A DNA stretch of 64,000 bases from Candidatus Roizmanbacteria bacterium RIFCSPHIGHO2_02_FULL_40_13b (GTDB taxonomy: Bacteria > Patescibacteriota > Microgenomatia > UBA1406 > HO2-37-13b): positions 4,596-68,595 of the forward strand of contig MFZQ01000013.1 in assembly GCA_001789445.1 (NCBI GenBank), given 5' to 3'. The position numbers and the translations under genes are program-made. The notes beneath the pieces were generated by a model. That model was given only the letters and a program-made list of their open reading frames with translations. It was not told the DNA's origin and made no database searches. Of this stretch, positions 56,981-64,000 are shown piece after piece. Within the stretch, counting starts at the first letter, position 1, and each line of letters begins with the position of its first letter.

Positions 56981-58255
56981 ATGAAAACGAAAAAGACCAC
57001 ACATAAGAACAATCTCACGTCAATCGTCGTAGATACTGCCGCATTTCCTTCTTCAACCGCACTGCTCCTCGTCGGTGCAGGTTCTCGGTACGAAAATAAA
57101 AAAAACAATGGTATTGCACACTTTTTTGAGCATATGGCGTTCAAAGGTTCCAAAAAATATCCGACCGCATTTATTCTCGCATCTCTCGTTGATGGCTTGG
57201 GTGGATCTTTTAATGCATTTACATCTCAAGACCACACAGGATACTATATAAAAGCCCCCACGAAGCACTTCGAAAAAGTAGTTGACGTGATTTCTGACAT
57301 GATCACCCAGCCACTTTTGAAGCCGGAAGAGATCGAACGTGAAAAAGGCGTGATTATCGAAGAGATCAATATGTATGAAGACATGCCCCAGCGCAAAGTT
57401 TTTGAACTCTATGAAAATCTCGTTTTTGCTGGTTCTCCACTTGGATTTGATATTGCGGGGACGAAAGAGACAGTTTCTGCGTTCAATAAGAAAACATTCA
57501 CCGATTACATTGCCTCTCTGTATTTCCCCTCAAATGCAGTCTTTGTGGCGGCAGGGGGACTTTCAGGAACGTCAGCAGAGAGTATTATTTCAGAAAAATT
57601 TAAGGGGTGGAAAGACGGGGAGGCCGGAACATTCTTACCTATAAAGGAGTCCCAAACAAAGCCGCAACTCATGGCTCGACACAAAAAAACAGAGCAGGCT
57701 CATTTATGCATAGGTTTCCGCGCATTTTCATTCAAAGATCCTCGTCGATACGCACTTCAAGTCCTTTCCGCAATCTTGGGAAAGGGGATGTCAAGCAGGC
57801 TTTTCATGGAGGTTCGGGAGCGGCGGGGGCTGGCATACCACATTAGCTCATACACCGACTTTTACGCCGATACAGGGACGATTTTGACCCATGCAGGAAT
57901 TAAGGCGGACAAGAAACAAGTCGAAGAATCGATCAAAATAATTTTGGAAGAGCATGGGAAAATTATAGATGGAAAAATAAAAGGAGAAGAACTTGTGAAA
58001 GTAAAAGAAATGATTAAAGGGGGATTTATACTTTCTTTAGAAGACACGCTTGATGTTGCCTCATATTATGGAAGAAATTTGCTACTTCAAGGAGAATTCA
58101 AGACTCCGGAAGATACGATTAAAAGTATCGAAAAAGTCACGATCGAAGATGTTGTCGCAGTGGCAAAAGATGTTTTTGTAAAGGAAGGTCTAAATATGAC
58201 TCTCATTAGTCCATTCACCGATGGTGAAACACTTGCGAAACAACTCGTGATCTAA
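56981..58255 (+). CDS. M16 (pitrilysin) family peptidase
   Basis: GSRYE..GIAHFFEHMAFKG, FNAFTS and SSRLFMEVRERRGLAY. Confidence 0.93.
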   Translation: MKTKKTTHKNNLTSIVVDTAAFPSSTALLLVGAGSRYENKKNNGIAHFFEHMAFKGSKKYPTAFILASLVDGLGGSFNAFTSQDHTGYYIKAPTKHFEKVVDVISDMITQPLLKPEEIEREKGVIIEEINMYEDMPQRKVFELYENLVFAGSPLGFDIAGTKETVSAFNKKTFTDYIASLYFPSNAVFVAAGGLSGTSAESIISEKFKGWKDGEAGTFLPIKESQTKPQLMARHKKTEQAHLCIGFRAFSFKDPRRYALQVLSAILGKGMSSRLFMEVRERRGLAYHISSYTDFYADTGTILTHAGIKADKKQVEESIKIILEEHGKIIDGKIKGEELVKVKEMIKGGFILSLEDTLDVASYYGRNLLLQGEFKTPEDTIKSIEKVTIEDVVAVAKDVFVKEGLNMTLISPFTDGETLAKQLVI

Positions 58256-58305
58256 AAACTCATCCTTTTCTTGCAATACCATCTTTCTTCTGCTAGGCTG
58301 AAAGT

Positions 58306-59913
58306 ATGAAAGCAGACGATGTCATCCTGGAAGAGCGTAGCGACGATAGGATCCCATTGTCATTCCCGCGAAGGCGGGAATCTATTCAAATGGATCCCCG
58401 ATCGGGGTCGGGGATGACAAATCTTCGGTCCAGAATGACAAATTCCGTCATCCCGAACATTAATTCTGTCATCCTGAACGGAGTGAAGGATCTCGGTGTG
58501 ATAGTATCTTTATTTTTCCTTTTTGTCTCTCCAGTGAGTGCCTCCACAACTACTTCAAGAATCACCATCCCACTCTCCACAAACTCCACGCTCGTGATTT
58601 CTAACACAGACTCCACAGTAGATAAGAAGATCATCATCTCCGATCATCTCTCCTCAACTCGAGTAATTCTTAACGAAGATGGAACAGAATCATCGTCACT
58701 CTCATACTATCCATATGGAGAACAATTTAACAATTTAACCCCGCTTCGCCCGAGGCTTCGCGAGGGCGCAGCAATTTATCAATTTAACAATAGACTCTAC
58801 ACCGGCCAACGTAAAGTTCCCGGTGACAATCTCTACAACTACAACGCCCGCTTCTATAATCCTACCCTCGGAGTTTTCACCCAACCAGATACAGTGGAGG
58901 GACCAAACAGGTTTGCGTATGTGGGAGGAAATCCGATCATGGCAAATGATCCTAGTGGACATTGTATACCCTGTATTATTGGAATTGGTGCATTAGTTGG
59001 AGCGATGGTATCTTCGCCTATGTCATCAACTGAAGCTGATACTCCGGGAGAAATTGCACGAGTTCAAGAGTGGGAAGCAAGTGGCGGACCAGAATTTAAT
59101 TATCTTATGGGAAGAATGATCCCGGGTGTTGGACAGGGAATGGGTCTTGCAGAACTGGCTAGAGGAGAAGATATTTTGGGTAGAGATGTTAGTCGTGGAC
59201 GTAAAATAATGAATGTTGCGGATATCGCACTTATGGGCGCAACATCAGCAAACAGTTTATTGGGTGCACGAAATACAGCAATACAAAGCGCGCGAGTTGC
59301 CCAGTATGAAGGCGGAGCAGAACTATTGGCGGCTAGAAGTGTGGAGGAAGCACAAGAAGTGTTGAGTGGACAAAGTCCTCTTTCCTATAGTAAAATACCC
59401 TTTAGAGAATCTCTAAGGACAGGAAGTTTAGGAACGTACAATAGCTATAATCAAGAAATTTCTTTAGCAAGCACTGATGTGTTAAACAGCTTAAAACATG
59501 AAGGAGTACATGCACTTCAAGATATAAATGGTCATCCTGGATCTGAATTCGCTACAATATGGGGACCAAAAACGATTGTAGGTGAAGCAAAAGATGTACT
59601 ATTAGGAAGGACTGATTCGTCTTGGCTAAAATCAATGGCACGAGAGGATTATAAAAGTCTTTGGAATGACTATGATTCAGAATTAATGGCATACGCTTCA
59701 GCAAATAAAGGTTCGATTAGTGCACAGATTGGTGGAGCTATGGGTTCAACATCATCGCGTTTGCTATTTAACCAAGGAAACGCAGTAAAAGCGTCAGGGA
59801 TGGGAGTATCTATAGGAATTACAGCTGTTCAGCCATTAGGATATTTTGCACAATTACAAGCACAAGTAATGGCTTCCATTAATGGTGGTTACGAAAGAAT
59901 AAAATTTAAATAA
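58306..59913 (+). CDS. mini-Rhs effector 2 with HExxH tip; N-terminus built from in-frame REPs
   Basis: Same core as 28674-30038 up to DPSGH, then an unrelated tip with LKHEGVH..Q...E..AY. Confidence 0.8.
   Translation: MKADDVILEERSDDRIPLSFPRRRESIQMDPRSGSGMTNLRSRMTNSVIPNINSVILNGVKDLGVIVSLFFLFVSPVSASTTTSRITIPLSTNSTLVISNTDSTVDKKIIISDHLSSTRVILNEDGTESSSLSYYPYGEQFNNLTPLRPRLREGAAIYQFNNRLYTGQRKVPGDNLYNYNARFYNPTLGVFTQPDTVEGPNRFAYVGGNPIMANDPSGHCIPCIIGIGALVGAMVSSPMSSTEADTPGEIARVQEWEASGGPEFNYLMGRMIPGVGQGMGLAELARGEDILGRDVSRGRKIMNVADIALMGATSANSLLGARNTAIQSARVAQYEGGAELLAARSVEEAQEVLSGQSPLSYSKIPFRESLRTGSLGTYNSYNQEISLASTDVLNSLKHEGVHALQDINGHPGSEFATIWGPKTIVGEAKDVLLGRTDSSWLKSMAREDYKSLWNDYDSELMAYASANKGSISAQIGGAMGSTSSRLLFNQGNAVKASGMGVSIGITAVQPLGYFAQLQAQVMASINGGYERIKFK
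58320..58493 (+). repeat. in-frame REP array inside the Rhs gene
   Basis: Multiple GTCAT../..ATGAC units encoding VILEERSDDRIPLSFPRRRESIQMDPRSGSGMT..VILNGVKDL. Confidence 0.88.
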
Positions 59914-59965
59914 TCTCCTCCACCTCCGGTATTTTTTGGCCTGCATTTGTGTATCGACATGTCCT

Positions 59966-60040
59966 AAATAGGCACGGATTCCACAAAAACTGCAAAAGGT
60001 GTGCGTATTCACCTTTAAGGTGGATAGGCACACCTTTTGC
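59966..60040. repeat. family-C palindrome
   Basis: AAAAGGTGTGCGTATTCACCTTTAAGGTGGATAGGCACACCTTTT; inverted relative to the copy at 30096. Confidence 0.7.
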
Positions 60041-60081
60041 AGTTTTTGCAATTATTCGCTTTTTATTATATTCTTGATGAA

Positions 60082-60981
60082 ATGTTAGTACTACTTCTTG
60101 CTATTTTAGGTCTCTGTATTGGATCTTTTTTAAATGTTTGTATTGATAGATTGGGGAATGAGGAGGAGAGGAGAAGATGGGGGGATGGGGAGAGCGAGAG
60201 GTGGGGAGGAAAAGAGGAGGGGATAGGGAGACTGGGAGGACGGTCGCATTGTGATTATTGCCATAAACAACTCCACTGGAACGATTTGATTCCGGTAGTT
60301 TCGTATATTCTTTTAGGAGGAAGATGTAGGTATTGCCATAAAAAGCTTTCACTCCAATATCCTTTCATTGAAATCCTCACGTCTGTATCATTTGTACTTG
60401 TATATCTCTTTTCCCCCCATCTTCTCCTCTTATCCTCCCCACCTCTCGCTCTCCCCATCCCCCCATCTTCTCCTCTCCTCCTCATAAGCATCTTAGGAAT
60501 AATCTCCTCCTCCATCGTCATCTTCTTTTCCGACCTCAAATACCACATCATTCCCGATGAAGCAACAGTCGTACTTATCCTTTCATCTTTGTTATTCCAT
60601 CTCTCCACCTCTCAATCTCTCGATCTCCATCTCTCCACCTCTCCACTACTCCACATTCTCCTTTCCAGTATCACCGCAGCAATCTCCCTCTCTCTCACCC
60701 TCTATTTCATCTTTTATGTCACAAAAGGACGGGGAATGGGATTTGGGGATGTTAAACTTGCCGTTGCCATCGGCTTGCTTTTGGGCCTAAAAAGTGGTTT
60801 TTTTGCGCTATATTTGGCATTTGTGGCTGGAGGAGTGGTGAGCTTACTCCTCATCCTTATGAAAAGGAAGAAATTGCGAAGCAAATTAGCATTCGGACCG
60901 TTCCTTATCTTCGGAACCCTCGTCATGTTCTTCGCAAACAAGCCAATTATTGCGTTTTTTGATAGGTTGTTTGGGATGTAG
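60082..60981 (+). CDS. pilD: prepilin peptidase (A24) with in-frame low-complexity inserts
   Basis: GSFLNVCIDR, RSHCDYC, LIPVVSY..LGGRCRYC, D..Y.IIPD, GMGFGDVKL and AFGPFL. Confidence 0.92.
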   Translation: MLVLLLAILGLCIGSFLNVCIDRLGNEEERRRWGDGESERWGGKEEGIGRLGGRSHCDYCHKQLHWNDLIPVVSYILLGGRCRYCHKKLSLQYPFIEILTSVSFVLVYLFSPHLLLLSSPPLALPIPPSSPLLLISILGIISSSIVIFFSDLKYHIIPDEATVVLILSSLLFHLSTSQSLDLHLSTSPLLHILLSSITAAISLSLTLYFIFYVTKGRGMGFGDVKLAVAIGLLLGLKSGFFALYLAFVAGGVVSLLLILMKRKKLRSKLAFGPFLIFGTLVMFFANKPIIAFFDRLFGM

Positions 60982-60982
60982 T

Positions 60983-61209
60983 TGTCATCCCCGAGTAGTC
61001 GGGGATCCATACATGTAGATTCCCGCTTTCGCGGGAATGACATGTGGCGAAGTGGGTGGTCCGAAGCGGAGGCCTCCCAGCGATTCGCAAAACGGGTATC
61101 TTCGCTAAAAATATGTGATTGAGCGATGATACGCTTATTTCGAGCATCACTGGGATTACATGTACACTGAGGGCCCCTTTGATGGGAGAAATAACGGATC
61201 GAGCTCAAT
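60983..61209. repeat. REP dimer plus family-B elements
   Basis: TGTCATCCCCGAGTAGTCGGGGATC..GCGGGAATGACA; inverted copy of the 13186 element. Confidence 0.88.
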
Positions 61210-61247
61210 CTCTTGTATTTACAACACAAAATCAGTACAATATCACT

Positions 61248-61829
61248 ATGAAAGAACAAACGCTTGTTATTCTCAAACCTGATGCGGTTGCGCGTGGGCT
61301 GATTGGTGAAATCACCGCTCGATTTGAAAAAGTGGGGCTTAAACTGGTTGCGGCAAAGCTCGTGCACGCTAATCGTGAACTTGCAGACAAACATTATCCA
61401 GTAACTCGCGACGAATTCATTCGGGGAATGGGGAATAAAACAGTCGAAAATTATCAAAAACTTGGAGTTGATCTTAGAAAAGAACTTGGAAGTGATGATC
61501 CACTTGAAATTGGTAAAATGATTCGAGAATGGCTTGCGGATATGATCACGTCCGGACCAGTTTTCGCATTCGTTCTTGAGGGTCCACATGCAATCGAGCT
61601 TGTTCGCAAAATTTGCGGACACACGCTTCCGCTCATGGCAAATCCAGGCACGATCCGCGGAGACTTTTCATTCGATTCCTCATATTTGGCAAATACCGCA
61701 AAACGCCCAATAAAAAATCTTATTCATGCTTCAGGAACAGAGGAAGAAGCCGCGTACGAAATTCCACTCTGGTTTTCGAAAGAAGAAATTGTCTCGTATC
61801 CTCGAGTAGAAGAAGCGGTGATGGAATAA
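61248..61829 (+). CDS. ndk: nucleoside diphosphate kinase
   Basis: TLVILKPDAV.RGL.GEI..RFE, SGPV, PGTIRGDF and NLIHAS. Confidence 0.95.
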   Translation: MKEQTLVILKPDAVARGLIGEITARFEKVGLKLVAAKLVHANRELADKHYPVTRDEFIRGMGNKTVENYQKLGVDLRKELGSDDPLEIGKMIREWLADMITSGPVFAFVLEGPHAIELVRKICGHTLPLMANPGTIRGDFSFDSSYLANTAKRPIKNLIHASGTEEEAAYEIPLWFSKEEIVSYPRVEEAVME

Positions 61830-61835
61830 AAATCT

Positions 61836-61917
61836 CGCTTGATACCCATTTCTCGAACAAGTGGGGACCCCCGCTTGAAACTGGCACCCCAGTTGTTCTT
61901 AAAACGGGTATCTACGC
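61836..61917. repeat. family-B element
   Basis: Near-identical to 56841-56923. Confidence 0.9.
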
Positions 61918-61924
61918 TCGTTTC

Positions 61925-62188
61925 TTATACCCTAATAACATCAATTCCCAAAAACACATCCACCACATTCTTGAATACCTGCAAAATGCCCATGTCGATG
62001 GTAAATTCTTTTTCCCCCCCACCTATTTCATGAACGGTAATGGTTTTATTTACAATACAAATGAACTGGGAATGGAATCCAAGTATATCAAAATTTCCAC
62101 GCTCGTTATAAGATGACACTGATTCAGCAGAACCTTCATAAATCACTTTGTCCGCGTCATGGATAGTTACTGTTAGTGTTTTGTCCAT
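61925..62188 (-). CDS. atpC: ATP synthase epsilon, N-terminal domain only
   Basis: YEGSAESVS..N..G.FDIL..H; downstream of atpD. Confidence 0.8.
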   Translation of the reverse strand: MDKTLTVTIHDADKVIYEGSAESVSSYNERGNFDILGFHSQFICIVNKTITVHEIGGGEKEFTIDMGILQVFKNVVDVFLGIDVIRV

Positions 62189-62196
62189 AGTTTTTT

Positions 62197-62359
62197 GAGA
62201 GGAGATGAGGGAGAAGATAGGGTGATAGGGGGAGCGAGAGGTGGGGAGAATGGAAGACGGGAAATAAGCAGAAAGCTAATTAGCTCGCCCTCTCTGTTTA
62301 TTTCCTCTCCTCTTCTCCTCCGCCCCACCCTATCTCCCTAGCACCTCCTCCCCTTCTCC
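62197..62359. repeat. purine-rich/pyrimidine-rich inverted low-complexity repeats
   Basis: GAGCGAGAGGTGGGGAG is shared with the pilD inserts. Confidence 0.7.

Positions 62360-64000
<1,641 letters not shown>

Noticed and set aside
28674..59913. Diversity-generating retroelement TR/VR pair in the Rhs duplicates
   Set aside because: Differences are mostly synonymous and not adenine-specific, and no reverse transcriptase is in the window.
60714..61622. Long antisense ORFs (302 aa here; also 27741-28595 and others)
   Set aside because: They are shadows of pilD/ndk, rplA and other confident genes, with no motifs.
968..61917. CRISPR array
   Set aside because: The repeats are dispersed palindromes without regular unique spacers, and there are no cas genes.
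56841..61917. Integron attC sites (family-B hairpins)
   Set aside because: They lack RYYYAAC/GTTRRRY ends, follow housekeeping genes (leuS, ndk, gdhA), and no IntI is present.

Overview
This 64-kb window looks like the chromosome of a Patescibacteria (CPR), probably Microgenomates-group, bacterium. That assignment is inferred from an archaeal-type TyrRS, a shortened RplA, split ComEC, a minimal AtpC and many leaderless sigma70 promoters. Housekeeping genes are fmt, tyrS, rho, gdhA, comEA/comEC, secE-nusG-rplK-rplA, glyA, trpS, leuS, pilD, ndk and atpC/D/G. Main observations: (1) A ~21-kb block between trpS and leuS encodes a Tat translocase (TatC plus four TatA paralogs, three absent from the ORF track), two minimal PrsW-like proteases, three paralogous membrane anchors (one with an internal twin-arginine signal) and three large signal-less, fibre-like proteins with shared terminal modules. 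This is the best candidate for an undescribed Tat-dependent surface structure. (2) A HisR/YerC gene with a perfect operator ends in four His codons and an attenuator-like hairpin. The predicted logic turns a histidine ammonia-lyase ON during His starvation. (3) Several REP-like palindrome families nest inside each other and insert in frame into fmt, gdhA, pilD and two mini-Rhs genes. (4) Two signal-peptide mini-Rhs effectors carry different C-terminal tips and have no adjacent immunity gene. (5) LeuRS lacks its CP1 editing domain. (6) An integrase-SAM-domain/fibre fusion lies beside an 830-bp AT-rich gap. I saw no CRISPR array, rRNA or tRNA. All calls come from reading the sequence; no database search was run.
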